This document shows, piece after piece, positions 28,728 through 37,982 of a DNA stretch of 64,000 nt. The position numbers and the translations under genes were made by a program. The notes under the pieces are model-generated. The model was not told the origin of the DNA. It searched no databases and saw only the letters and a program-made list of their open reading frames with translations. The DNA is from Clostridia bacterium (GTDB taxonomy: Bacteria; Bacillota; Clostridia; Oscillospirales; Acutalibacteraceae): positions 1,238 through 65,237 of the forward strand of contig CAAFXS010000014.1 of the NCBI GenBank assembly GCA_900767025.1, written 5' to 3'. Within the stretch, counting starts at the first letter, position 1, and the number at the start of each line of letters is the position of its first letter.

Positions 28728-30215
28728 ATGGAAGAAAACAAAACATACATAGGTAAAAAAGAAAAAAGAAACTATATTTTCGGCTTATGCGGTCAGAATA
28801 TGGTTTACTCGCTTATCGGCGGTTCATTTTTCACATACTTTATGACAGATATTGCACTGTTCCCTGCTATTGTTGTTTCAGTGCTTTTAATTGTTATGAA
28901 GGTTTGGGACGGAATCAACGACCCTATTGTCGGCTCATTTATCGACAGGCACAGCTTCAAAAACGGTGAAAAAATGCGTCCGTTTTTGAAATATACTCCA
29001 CTGCCCGTTGGCATTTTTACAGTTCTTCTTTTTCTTGTTTTTTCAACAAAGGAGGATTTGCTTTGGCTTAGGGTCGCGTATTTTATAATAATGTATATTT
29101 GCTGGGACCTTGCCTACACGGTTCAGGATGTTTCGGTTTGGGGTATAACTGCAATGATTTCCCCTAATTCTTCGGAACGTGACAAATTAGTTCAATGGGC
29201 AAGGACCTTCGGCAGCTGTGTTTACAGTGCATTAAGCACGGTTATACCTATGGTGCTTGAAATGATTGCAAACGCTAAGGGCGTAAGTATGGCTTTGATC
29301 ACCTTGGTATTTGCCGTAATTTTCGGCTTAGGCGGTGCAATGATCAGTTACAGATGCTCATATGCACAGGAAAGAATACACGTAGAAAAAGAGAACCGAC
29401 AGGAATCAATGAAGGAAAGCTTTCTTTTGCTTTTCAAAAACAAAATGATGCTGCTTGTTACTTTGGCAAATCTTTTCGGTGCGTTAGGATTTGGTATGAA
29501 TCTTGTAACATATTTCTTCAAGTATGAAATCCCCGACAGCTTCCTCGGCAGCAGTATTATCGGTGCTTTAGGCCTTACAACTATTTATTTCATAATTACG
29601 GGACTTCCCGGCTTTATAGGTATGATTTTTGCCGATAAGTTAAAAAAGCTTTTAGGTAACTATGTCAATGTTCTGATTATGATTCAGGTTGTTAATATCA
29701 TTGCAAGAATTTTTGCTTTCGCAGTAGGATTTGAGGGCAAAAAGCTGTGGATATCAATGATTATAATGGGTATCGGCAGTATACCAAGCGGTGCCGCATC
29801 TATTGCGCAAACCTCTATTTTCTGCGACAGTATTGACTATATGGAATGGAAAACAGGCAAGCGTACCGAGGGAATTACATTTTCAATACAGACCTCCTTT
29901 ACTAAAGTCTCAAGCGGTATTACCTCGGGACTTGCAACAATGACTTTGGCTGTTTTGGGCTACAAGGCTATTGACAACGCATCGGTTTATGTAGGCACAC
30001 AGACCGCAGCCTTTGACAAATGGATATGGCCACTGGTTGTTCTCACCCCTGCCATTGCAAGTGTGCTTTACATTATCCCTCTCCTTTTCATCAGATACAC
30101 AAAGGAAAAGAGAGCAATCGTTGAGGGTGATTTAAAGGCAAGAAGAGAGGGCAAGAAGGAATCCGGCTTGTCGCCGTATTGCCTTGATAAATCAAAGAAT
30201 AACAGCGAAGATTGA
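28728..30215 (+). CDS. GPH-family (glycoside-pentoside-hexuronide:cation symporter / MelB-like MFS) transporter
   Basis: 12-TM protein. GPH-type N-terminal loop ...KVWDGINDPIVGSFIDR... GAGGGTGA RBS before the ATG at 28728 (MEENKTYIGK...). Confidence 0.75.
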   Translation: MEENKTYIGKKEKRNYIFGLCGQNMVYSLIGGSFFTYFMTDIALFPAIVVSVLLIVMKVWDGINDPIVGSFIDRHSFKNGEKMRPFLKYTPLPVGIFTVLLFLVFSTKEDLLWLRVAYFIIMYICWDLAYTVQDVSVWGITAMISPNSSERDKLVQWARTFGSCVYSALSTVIPMVLEMIANAKGVSMALITLVFAVIFGLGGAMISYRCSYAQERIHVEKENRQESMKESFLLLFKNKMMLLVTLANLFGALGFGMNLVTYFFKYEIPDSFLGSSIIGALGLTTIYFIITGLPGFIGMIFADKLKKLLGNYVNVLIMIQVVNIIARIFAFAVGFEGKKLWISMIIMGIGSIPSGAASIAQTSIFCDSIDYMEWKTGKRTEGITFSIQTSFTKVSSGITSGLATMTLAVLGYKAIDNASVYVGTQTAAFDKWIWPLVVLTPAIASVLYIIPLLFIRYTKEKRAIVEGDLKARREGKKESGLSPYCLDKSKNNSED

Positions 30216-30253
30216 TGAAAGTATTATTGTTCTTTTTATAATAGAAACATAAT

Positions 30254-30287
30254 TCATCCCCCTCACTCTGATGAATGAGGGGGATAA
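30254..30287. terminator. Bidirectional terminator between the convergent transporter and lysin genes
   Basis: Perfect 10-bp stem ATCCCCCTCA / TGAGGGGGAT with a 10-nt loop and AT-rich flanks. Confidence 0.5.
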
Positions 30288-30288
30288 A

Positions 30289-31404
30289 TTATTTATTATA
30301 CCAAACGGCGCGTTTGTTGCCTTTGTAGTATACAGGAATGTAGCCTGAAGGGATTTCAAGCCAGATATTGCCTGCGGTGTCGGTTGACACGCTTAAAGCT
30401 GAAACAACCGTTCCGGGTGTCAGGATTGCATATGCATCAAGATTTTTGCTTGATGCATGGGCTCTGCCGTCGACGGTAAGGTCTTTGACTTTTTTAATTT
30501 TTGAGCTTGTTGTGGGCTTCGTCCACACATTGATATATGCCGTCAGCTTGTATTTACTGCCTGCATCGTATCTCACAACCTCAATGCCAAGCTTCTTTTG
30601 GTCCTTTGGTCGTAAGACGCCGTTGATATAATCACCGGTATACGGCTTTTCTCGGAGGGTCATTTTGTCGCCGTTGCCGGTGGCATTTTGGTCGTAATAT
30701 TTGAATTCGCCGTCCTTGTTTACCTCCGCAACAATGAAAATATGGCCGTACTTTCCCGATGTTCTTATGCCTATATCACCGGGCTTAAGCTCACCGTTTT
30801 TGTACTTTGGTGTAATCAATTCAAAATTGCTTTTAAGCCATTTATTAGGCTTGGTCCACCATTCCTTTGCGTTGCCCCAAAAGCCTTTTTCAATATCCAG
30901 CACCTTGTCTATAAACGCATCTATAAGGTCCACGCACTGCACGCCGTAGACACCGTCCCGGTCCGTTCGCTTACCTAAATACCTGCCTACAAATGCACTG
31001 AAGGTCATATTATCTCCGCCTTTCTGCTCTTTGTCATTAAAGAATTTATCCTTTATGTAGCTAATTGCAGTAGTAATGATAGGCGGAATATTTATGCCAA
31101 GAGCTCTTGCATTTTCAACGATTGAGGAAATCTCTATCAGGCAAAAGCAAACACAGCTGATTAAGCCGATGGGTGAAAATTCGATATCCGTTGAGCTGAG
31201 TATCAGTGTATCAAGCATCAGGCACATAAGAATCATTCCGAAATAGCCTACGAATTTAGGCACGGACATTCTTAATTTCGAGCTGCTGACACCCTCGACA
31301 AATATACCCTTGCAAAGTCCAAAGATAAAGTCGATAACGAACAGCACCAAAAAGATGATTATTGCTATTAAGCACTTTTTAAAATCTGTTATAAAATATT
31401 CCAT
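30289..31404 (-). CDS. Holin-endolysin in-frame fusion: N-terminal class-I (3-TM) phage holin, then CHAP-domain peptidoglycan hydrolase, then a C-terminal SH3b-like cell-wall-binding region
   Basis: Residues 1-~130 have three TM helices and ...SSK... / ...ENARALG... holin-like motifs. Residues ~133-371 contain CHAP Cys/His (YGVQCVDL ... KYGHIFIV). An internal AAAGGCGGAGA RBS and ATG lie at 31006-31008 in the same frame. Confidence 0.7.
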   Translation of the reverse strand: MEYFITDFKKCLIAIIIFLVLFVIDFIFGLCKGIFVEGVSSSKLRMSVPKFVGYFGMILMCLMLDTLILSSTDIEFSPIGLISCVCFCLIEISSIVENARALGINIPPIITTAISYIKDKFFNDKEQKGGDNMTFSAFVGRYLGKRTDRDGVYGVQCVDLIDAFIDKVLDIEKGFWGNAKEWWTKPNKWLKSNFELITPKYKNGELKPGDIGIRTSGKYGHIFIVAEVNKDGEFKYYDQNATGNGDKMTLREKPYTGDYINGVLRPKDQKKLGIEVVRYDAGSKYKLTAYINVWTKPTTSSKIKKVKDLTVDGRAHASSKNLDAYAILTPGTVVSALSVSTDTAGNIWLEIPSGYIPVYYKGNKRAVWYNK

Positions 31405-31405
31405 T

Positions 31406-33358
31406 TTATTCTCCTTTATTATAATTTCTGTAAGAAAGTCTTGCCGAAAAGCTTACAGTAGCAGTAACCGACTGCATTGCGTAAAGCTCAAACAAGCCGC
31501 CGTTTACTCCCGACGCACCGCCCATTCTTACAGCACATACATCCGTGTTATTACGAGGTTTGCTGAAATTATCACAAAGATAAAGCTTGCTGCTGCCGCC
31601 TGTTGAATCAGGCAGGGTAACACCGCTTTCATATTTTGCAGAGCTGATGAAGCCATTAGCTGACGGATAATCGAAAGATAGTTCGGTATAATTCGTTATG
31701 CTGTTTGAATAGGCATCAGGATTGCTTTCAAGATAATATTTTGAATTATGAAGCAGTATTCCGTCCAGCCAGGTATATCTTTCACCGTAAAGGTTTTCAA
31801 TACCTCTGTATTTTGACTGAGCGGTAACTCCGCCGTAAATAAGCTGTCCCGAAGATGAAGAGATTTGATTTGTCATACCGTTTCTTTTGGTGTTTAACTT
31901 TACACTGAAGGATGAATCAGTAATGATTTCTCCGCCGCTGATAAAGTAACGGTAATATCCTTTATCCATAAGCTCATCAATATCATTTATCAGTTCTATA
32001 CCGGTTACGGTTCTGACTGCCGTACCGTCGTAATCCAAAGGCTCCGGAGACAGATTTTCAGTTATCGGAAAAGCGATTTCCTGACCCACATCAAAAATAC
32101 TGTCAGAATTTGAAACAATGTAGCCGTAGGAAAGTGTATCGGTATTTTCCGTATCAAAAACAGCCCATTCATTAGGATAAAATGTATAAGACTGACTTTT
32201 CTGCTCGTTACCGTATAAAACAGACTGACTGTCAAGGGTTGCAAATTCCACAATAAACAGTGCTTTAATAACCTCATATTCCCAAACATCAAAGCAGTGC
32301 CAGTTTGCTCCCCTTGCAGTTGCAAAGGACCTTGCCTGCGAATAATTGTAATCACCGTAATAAACATTTCCGCTTTTGCTTTCGCCCTTGGTTTTTTCAG
32401 CATCACTGCTCATCATAAATGCAGAAACATAAATTTTGTCAAGCTCTTTGCCATCCTTGTCGATAAACGCTTTTGGAACCTCGTAATACTCGTTAAGCCT
32501 TTCACGGCTGATATACCAGTATTCCCTGCCCAAAGCCTCGTCAAGATAATGCATTAAATAGAACTTGGGGATTTCAACCATAACCTGACCTGCCGAGCCA
32601 TCCTCTGTATATTCGGGATCATCCTCATATGCGGTAACAGAGCCGTCATCTGCAAGAGTGCATTTTTTCATCTGTGACCATGGGTAAATGCGGTCAAAAT
32701 CATTTTGCTCCAGCTCCGTGCCGTTTGAGGCTTTTGCCTTGAGATACCTTGCGTCTGAAAGCCTTGTTAAAGTGGGGTTTTTGGTTTTAAGGTCATAGCA
32801 CACTCCGTATTTTGAGGGGTCAAAATAAAGGCTGTATACCTGTGACGCAATTTCCCTTCTGTCATCTGCGGTAACCACATAGTTGTCACCTTTATCGCCT
32901 TTTTCTCCCTTTTCACCCGGTTCGCCTTTGTCGCCCTTATCTCCCTTGTCACCCTTGAGCCTTCCGCTTTCAACAAGGTTGTTGATAAGGTTGTAATAGT
33001 TTTCAAGAACATCCGGCTGAGGTATCTCCGCCTCGCGGACAATATCACTGTATGAGCCTTTTCTGACGGAAATCATTGTAGGCTCCGGCGAAATTATTCT
33101 GGTATACCTATCTGCCTCAAGGCTATATCCGATAACACCGATAACACAGGTATCACTGTCAAAAGGCGGTGCAATACACTCACCGTTAACCAAAGGCACA
33201 CGCACTCCGTTAAACACCGCCTCTGTTGTTAAATCACCGTATTCCCCGCTGAGATTGAAAACGCATTTTATTTGGTTAATATTGCCCCGGGTTGCTTTTT
33301 CACTGTTATCAACAAGGCGTACACGGCTTTGGGTTACATCAAATTTATATAAAATCAT
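31406..33358 (-). CDS. Phage tail-fibre-like protein with a collagen-like Gly-X-Y repeat (likely trimeric receptor-binding protein)
   Basis: (GDK/GEK)x8 triple-helix segment LKGDKGDKGDKGEPGEKGEKGDKGDN between an N-terminal ~140-aa domain and a ~470-aa C-terminal beta-rich domain. AAGGAAAGG RBS. Its stop lies 1 nt before the holin-lysin start. Confidence 0.6.
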   Translation of the reverse strand: MILYKFDVTQSRVRLVDNSEKATRGNINQIKCVFNLSGEYGDLTTEAVFNGVRVPLVNGECIAPPFDSDTCVIGVIGYSLEADRYTRIISPEPTMISVRKGSYSDIVREAEIPQPDVLENYYNLINNLVESGRLKGDKGDKGDKGEPGEKGEKGDKGDNYVVTADDRREIASQVYSLYFDPSKYGVCYDLKTKNPTLTRLSDARYLKAKASNGTELEQNDFDRIYPWSQMKKCTLADDGSVTAYEDDPEYTEDGSAGQVMVEIPKFYLMHYLDEALGREYWYISRERLNEYYEVPKAFIDKDGKELDKIYVSAFMMSSDAEKTKGESKSGNVYYGDYNYSQARSFATARGANWHCFDVWEYEVIKALFIVEFATLDSQSVLYGNEQKSQSYTFYPNEWAVFDTENTDTLSYGYIVSNSDSIFDVGQEIAFPITENLSPEPLDYDGTAVRTVTGIELINDIDELMDKGYYRYFISGGEIITDSSFSVKLNTKRNGMTNQISSSSGQLIYGGVTAQSKYRGIENLYGERYTWLDGILLHNSKYYLESNPDAYSNSITNYTELSFDYPSANGFISSAKYESGVTLPDSTGGSSKLYLCDNFSKPRNNTDVCAVRMGGASGVNGGLFELYAMQSVTATVSFSARLSYRNYNKGE

Positions 33359-33487
33359 ATTTACATCCTTTCCTTATAACTGTCTTTGAAGAGCTGAGAC
33401 CCTCTTCATTTTCATATTATGAATTTAAACAGAATTGTGCAAGCTGAGGTACAGAGAAAGGGTCTTTATATATTGCCTGTATAGCCT

Positions 33488-33541
33488 AATTTATGCATAA
33501 ATTTATGTGTATATTTATTCAGTTTTATGTATATTTATAAC
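33488..33541 (+). promoter_or_regulatory. AT-rich tandem imperfect palindromes, candidate ArgR (ARG-box) operator of the arg operon
   Basis: TTTATGCATAAATTTATG ... TGTATATTTATTCAG ... TTTTATGTATATTTATAA: repeated TATG-n-ATAAAT-type half-sites immediately upstream of the -35 box. Confidence 0.35.
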
Positions 33542-33558
33542 TATTTTCTCAAATAGTA

Positions 33559-33586
33559 TTGACAATAATATTAGAATGTATATAAT
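33559..33586 (+). promoter_or_regulatory. Sigma-A promoter of argC
   Basis: TTGACA (33559-33564), 16 nt, TATAAT (33581-33586), 38 nt upstream of the argC ATG. Confidence 0.6.
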
Positions 33587-33624
33587 AGATAAGAAATTAG
33601 AAAGATTGCGGAGAATGTATAAAA

Positions 33625-34566
33625 ATGACCAAGGTTTTTATTGACGGAAAGGACGGCACAACCGGCTTAAAAATATACAACAGGTTTGACGGCAGAGATG
33701 ACATCGAGCTTTTGCTCATTGACCCTGAAAAAAGGAAGGATGCCAAGGAGAGGGCAAGGCTTATACACGAAAGCGACATAACCTTTCTCTGTCTGCCGGA
33801 TGCGGCTTCAATTGAGGCGGTTGCACTTGCAGGTGACTGTGACACAAAAATAATTGACACCTCAACGGCACACAGAACTCTTGAGGGCTGGGCATACGGC
33901 TTTGCGGAATTAAGCACTGACCACCGACGAAAAATTGAAAGCAGTAGCAGAATTGCCGTACCCGGCTGTTATGCAACGGGATTTAACTCAATAGTTTATC
34001 CCCTAATAAAAAACGGATTTATCGGCAGTGACTATGACATTGTGTGCCATGCTTTAAGCGGTTACACCGGTGCAGGCAAAAAAGGTATTGCTCAATACGA
34101 GGACGAAAGCAGGGACAGGGAGCTTGACTCGCCAAGGCTTTACGCATTAACACAGGAGCATAAGCACCTTAAGGAAATGAAGGCTGTCAGCGGTCTTGAC
34201 AAATTCCCGATTTTTTCACCTATCATCTGCGATTATCCGAGAGGTATGGTTGTTACCGTTCCCCTTTACACAGACAGGATGAATAAAAAATATTCCAAAG
34301 AGGATATACAAAAAATGTTCAGCGAGCATTATGCAGGCAGTGACATAATCAAGGTCAGAGAGCTTGGATACACTGAAGGTATGATAGGCTGTAACAATTT
34401 TGAAGGCCGTGACGATTTGGAAATTGAAATCAACGGCAATGATGACAGAATACTCATTACCGCCCGCTTTGACAATCTGGGCAAGGGTGCCTCGGGTGCT
34501 GCTATACAGTGTATGAACATTGCTATGGGTATTGACGAAAAAACAGGACTTAATATAGGAGAATGA
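33625..34566 (+). CDS. argC: N-acetyl-gamma-glutamyl-phosphate reductase
   Basis: Short-form ArgC, 313 aa. Catalytic ...AVPGCYATG... Cys motif. Confidence 0.88.
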   Translation: MTKVFIDGKDGTTGLKIYNRFDGRDDIELLLIDPEKRKDAKERARLIHESDITFLCLPDAASIEAVALAGDCDTKIIDTSTAHRTLEGWAYGFAELSTDHRRKIESSSRIAVPGCYATGFNSIVYPLIKNGFIGSDYDIVCHALSGYTGAGKKGIAQYEDESRDRELDSPRLYALTQEHKHLKEMKAVSGLDKFPIFSPIICDYPRGMVVTVPLYTDRMNKKYSKEDIQKMFSEHYAGSDIIKVRELGYTEGMIGCNNFEGRDDLEIEINGNDDRILITARFDNLGKGASGAAIQCMNIAMGIDEKTGLNIGE

Positions 34567-34570
34567 AAAT

Positions 34571-35812
34571 ATGAAAAAAATTGACGGAGGAATTTGTGCG
34601 GCAAAGGGATTTAAGGCAAGCGGCACATATTGCGGAATTAAAAGGCCGGCCAACGATACACCTGATGCAAAGCACAAAAACGATATTTGCCTGTATGTAA
34701 GCGACAGGGCTTGCAACACTGCGGCGGTATACACTCAAAACAAGGTTAAGGGTGCGCCGATTGTTGTTACAAAGGCGAACCTTGAAAAAAGCGGCGGAAA
34801 AGCAATTGCAGTAATTGCAAATTCCAAAAACGCCAACACCTGCAATGCAGACGGCATTGAAAAGGCAAACAAAATGTGTGAGCTTGTGGCAAAGGAGCTT
34901 GGTATTCCGCAGGAGCAGGTTGTTGTGGCAAGCACCGGTGTTATCGGTCAGGTACTACCTATTGAGCCTATTGAAAAGGCTGTTCCCGTTCTTGCAAAGG
35001 AGCTTGATTACGGCAAAAACGAAGATGCCGCAACGGCTATTATGACCACCGACACGGTAAAAAAGGAATATGCCGTTGAATTTGAAATCAGCGGCAAGGT
35101 TTGTCATCTTGGCGGAATGGCAAAGGGCTCGGGTATGATTCACCCGAATATGGCAACAACACTTAATTTCATCACAACAGACTGTGCCATTAGCCAAAGC
35201 CTTTTGCAGAAGGCGCTGAGCGATATTGTTAAGGTTACATACAACTGCCTGTCAATCGACGGTGACACCTCAACAAATGATATGGTTTGTCTTATGGCTA
35301 ACGGCTTGGCAGGAAATGACGAAATAACCGCAGAAAACGATGAATACATAACATTTAAAAATGCACTTTATGAGGTTATGGCTAACCTTACCCGTATGCT
35401 TGCCAAGGACGGCGAGGGTGCAAGCAAGCTCCTTGAATGCATCTGCACAGGTGCAAAGGATTTGGACACCGCAATCACTGTTGCCAAAAGCGTTATCTGC
35501 TCTTCTCTTTTCAAGGCGGCTATGTTCGGCGAGGATGCTAACTGGGGCAGAGTTCTGTGCGCAATCGGCTATGCCGACGCTGATTTTGACATTAACAGGG
35601 TTAATGTTGATTTAAGGAGCGAAAACGGCGTTGTAGCTGTATGCAGAAACGGTGCAGGCGTTGAATTCAGCGAGGAAAAGGCAGGCAAGATTCTTTCTGC
35701 TGATGAAATTTACATTGACATTAACTTAAATGACGGCTCTGTTGAAGCAACCGCATGGGGTTGTGATTTGACCTATGATTATGTAAAAATTAACGGAGAT
35801 TACAGAACCTGA
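34571..35812 (+). CDS. argJ: Bifunctional glutamate N-acetyltransferase / amino-acid acetyltransferase
   Basis: ArgJ family, 413 aa. Self-cleavage region ...HPNMATTLNFITTD.... Confidence 0.88.
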   Translation: MKKIDGGICAAKGFKASGTYCGIKRPANDTPDAKHKNDICLYVSDRACNTAAVYTQNKVKGAPIVVTKANLEKSGGKAIAVIANSKNANTCNADGIEKANKMCELVAKELGIPQEQVVVASTGVIGQVLPIEPIEKAVPVLAKELDYGKNEDAATAIMTTDTVKKEYAVEFEISGKVCHLGGMAKGSGMIHPNMATTLNFITTDCAISQSLLQKALSDIVKVTYNCLSIDGDTSTNDMVCLMANGLAGNDEITAENDEYITFKNALYEVMANLTRMLAKDGEGASKLLECICTGAKDLDTAITVAKSVICSSLFKAAMFGEDANWGRVLCAIGYADADFDINRVNVDLRSENGVVAVCRNGAGVEFSEEKAGKILSADEIYIDINLNDGSVEATAWGCDLTYDYVKINGDYRT

Positions 35813-35839
35813 TTAATCAGGGTTTGTATAGGCGAAATA

Positions 35840-35898
35840 CCGTAGGGGCGACCATTGGTCGCCCGAATATAATCGGGCTTGCAGTGCAAGCCCCTACG
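35840..35898 (+). repeat. REP/MITE-like structured repeat, copy 2 (variant second hairpin), intergenic between argJ and argB
   Basis: CCGTAGGGGCGACcattgGTCGCCCG-aatataat-CGGGCTTGCAgTGCAAGCCC-CTACG. Same outer stem and first hairpin as copies 1 and 3. The second hairpin differs in sequence but remains palindromic. Confidence 0.7.
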
Positions 35899-35959
35899 AA
35901 AGTTTGTTACATTAACACACAAAAAAATACCAATTAATATAAAGCTTCGGAGAAATGCT

Positions 35960-36817
35960 ATGGATATTAACAATGCACAAAAGGCGGAGATAATTGCTCA
36001 CGCTCTGCCACACATACAGAAATACAGGAAGAAAATTGTTGTTGTAAAATACGGCGGAAACGCAATGATTAACCAGGAGCTTAAGGAAGCCGTTATGCGT
36101 GACTTGGTGCTTTTAACAACAGTAGGCATCAAGGTGGTTCTTGTTCACGGCGGAGGCCCCGACATCAGCAGAGTTCTGAGCAAAATGAACATTGAAAGCA
36201 GGTTTGAAAGCGGTCTGCGTGTTACCGACAGGGACACTGTTGAGGTTGTTCAGATGGTGCTTGCAGGCAAGGTTAACAAGGATTTGGTTTGCCAGATAGG
36301 TAATTTGGGCGGTCACGCCATCGGTCTTTCGGGTATGGACGGAAATATGATTGAGTGCGTGCCACTTGATGATACCCACGGCTATGTGGGCAGAATTACA
36401 AATGTTAACACCGATGTTATTGAGGAGGCGCTGGAGCACAGCTTTATCCCTGTTGTTTCAACCATCGGATACGATAAGGAAAGCAACTGCTACAACATTA
36501 ATGCCGACACGGTTGCCGCCGCAATAGCAGGTGCGCTCAACGCAGAGGCTCTTGTTTCAATGACTGACATTGTGGGACTTTTAAGAGACAAGGACGATGA
36601 GTCAACGCTTATTCACAAGGTTTATATTAGTGACACACCTGCCCTTATTTCCGAGGGAATAATCACCGGTGGTATGATACCTAAAATTGATTCAATGACA
36701 CAGGCAATCCGTGAGGGTGTTAAAAAAGCATTTATTATTGACGGACGGGTACCCCACTCTATTCTTATGGAGCTTCTTACCGATGAAGGTATGGGTACAA
36801 TGTTCAGAAGCAGGTGA
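35960..36817 (+). CDS. argB: Acetylglutamate kinase
   Basis: ATG at 35960 with GGAGAAA RBS (the ORF-track start at 35879 would span the REP element). Amino-acid kinase family ...VVVKYGGNAM... 285 aa. Confidence 0.88.
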   Translation: MDINNAQKAEIIAHALPHIQKYRKKIVVVKYGGNAMINQELKEAVMRDLVLLTTVGIKVVLVHGGGPDISRVLSKMNIESRFESGLRVTDRDTVEVVQMVLAGKVNKDLVCQIGNLGGHAIGLSGMDGNMIECVPLDDTHGYVGRITNVNTDVIEEALEHSFIPVVSTIGYDKESNCYNINADTVAAAIAGALNAEALVSMTDIVGLLRDKDDESTLIHKVYISDTPALISEGIITGGMIPKIDSMTQAIREGVKKAFIIDGRVPHSILMELLTDEGMGTMFRSR

Positions 36818-36821
36818 TAAA

Positions 36822-37982
36822 ATGAACACAAAAGAACTTGACATTCAATACATTGCCCATTCCTACGGCAGATTTGATGTGGCGCTTGCAAAGGGCAAGG
36901 GCTCAACGCTCATTGATGAGGAGGGCAAGGAATACATAGATTTCGGCTCCGGAATCGGCGTTACCGCCTTCGGCATTTGTGACGAGGAATGGAAAAAGGC
37001 GGTGAAGGCTCAGCTTGATTTGGTACAACACACAAGCAACCTTTACTACACCTCCCCCTGTGCAAGACTGGCTGAAATGCTTTGCGAAAAATCGGGAATG
37101 AAAAAGGTTTTCTTTGCAAACAGCGGTGCAGAGGCAAACGAGGGTGCTATTAAATTTGCAAGGAAATACAGCTTTGACAAATACGGCGAGGGCAGGAGCA
37201 CAATAATAACACTCGTTAACTCCTTTCACGGCAGGACGATAACTACCCTTTCCGCCACGGGTCAGGACAGCTTTCACACCGTATTCGGACCTTTTACAGA
37301 GGGCTTTAAATACTGCCCTGCTAATGACATTGATACACTTAACAAAATGGCAACTGACGATGTTTGCGCAATTATGTTTGAGTGTGTTCAGGGTGAAGGC
37401 GGAGTTAACAACCTTGATTATGACTTTGTAAAGGCAATCGAAAGGCTTGCAAAGGAAAAGGACATACTGATGATTGTTGACGAGGTGCAGACAGGAAACG
37501 GCAGAACAGGCAAATATTTTGCCTACGAGCATTTTGATATTAAGCCGGACATTGTTTCCACCGCAAAGGGACTTGCAGGCGGTTTACCAATGGGTGCAGT
37601 GTTTTTCGGTGAAAAGCTCAAGGACACGGTGACCCCGGGCTCCCACGGTTCAACCTTCGGCGGAAATCCAATCTGTGCGGCAGGTGCGGTTTCAATAGTA
37701 TCAAGAATTGATGATAAATTTCTTGATGCAGTTAATGAAAAAAGCAAATACATAAAGGATTTTCTGAACAATGTCAGCGGTGTTAAATCCATATCGGGTA
37801 TGGGACTGATGCTTGGCATTGAAACTGAAAAGGACGCAAAGGAAATTGCAGGCGAATGCTTAAAAAACGGCTTGCTTGTACTTACGGCAAAAACAAAAAT
37901 TAGGCTCCTTCCGGCACTTAACATAAGCTACGAGGAGCTTGAAAAGGGACTTAATATCTTAAAGGAGGCAATTGAAAAATGA
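36822..37982 (+). CDS. argD: Acetylornithine aminotransferase
   Basis: ATG at 36822, 5 nt after the argB stop. Class-III PLP aminotransferase; ...DEVQTGNGRTGK... and ...STAKGLAGG... (PLP lysine). Confidence 0.88.
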   Translation: MNTKELDIQYIAHSYGRFDVALAKGKGSTLIDEEGKEYIDFGSGIGVTAFGICDEEWKKAVKAQLDLVQHTSNLYYTSPCARLAEMLCEKSGMKKVFFANSGAEANEGAIKFARKYSFDKYGEGRSTIITLVNSFHGRTITTLSATGQDSFHTVFGPFTEGFKYCPANDIDTLNKMATDDVCAIMFECVQGEGGVNNLDYDFVKAIERLAKEKDILMIVDEVQTGNGRTGKYFAYEHFDIKPDIVSTAKGLAGGLPMGAVFFGEKLKDTVTPGSHGSTFGGNPICAAGAVSIVSRIDDKFLDAVNEKSKYIKDFLNNVSGVKSISGMGLMLGIETEKDAKEIAGECLKNGLLVLTAKTKIRLLPALNISYEELEKGLNILKEAIEK

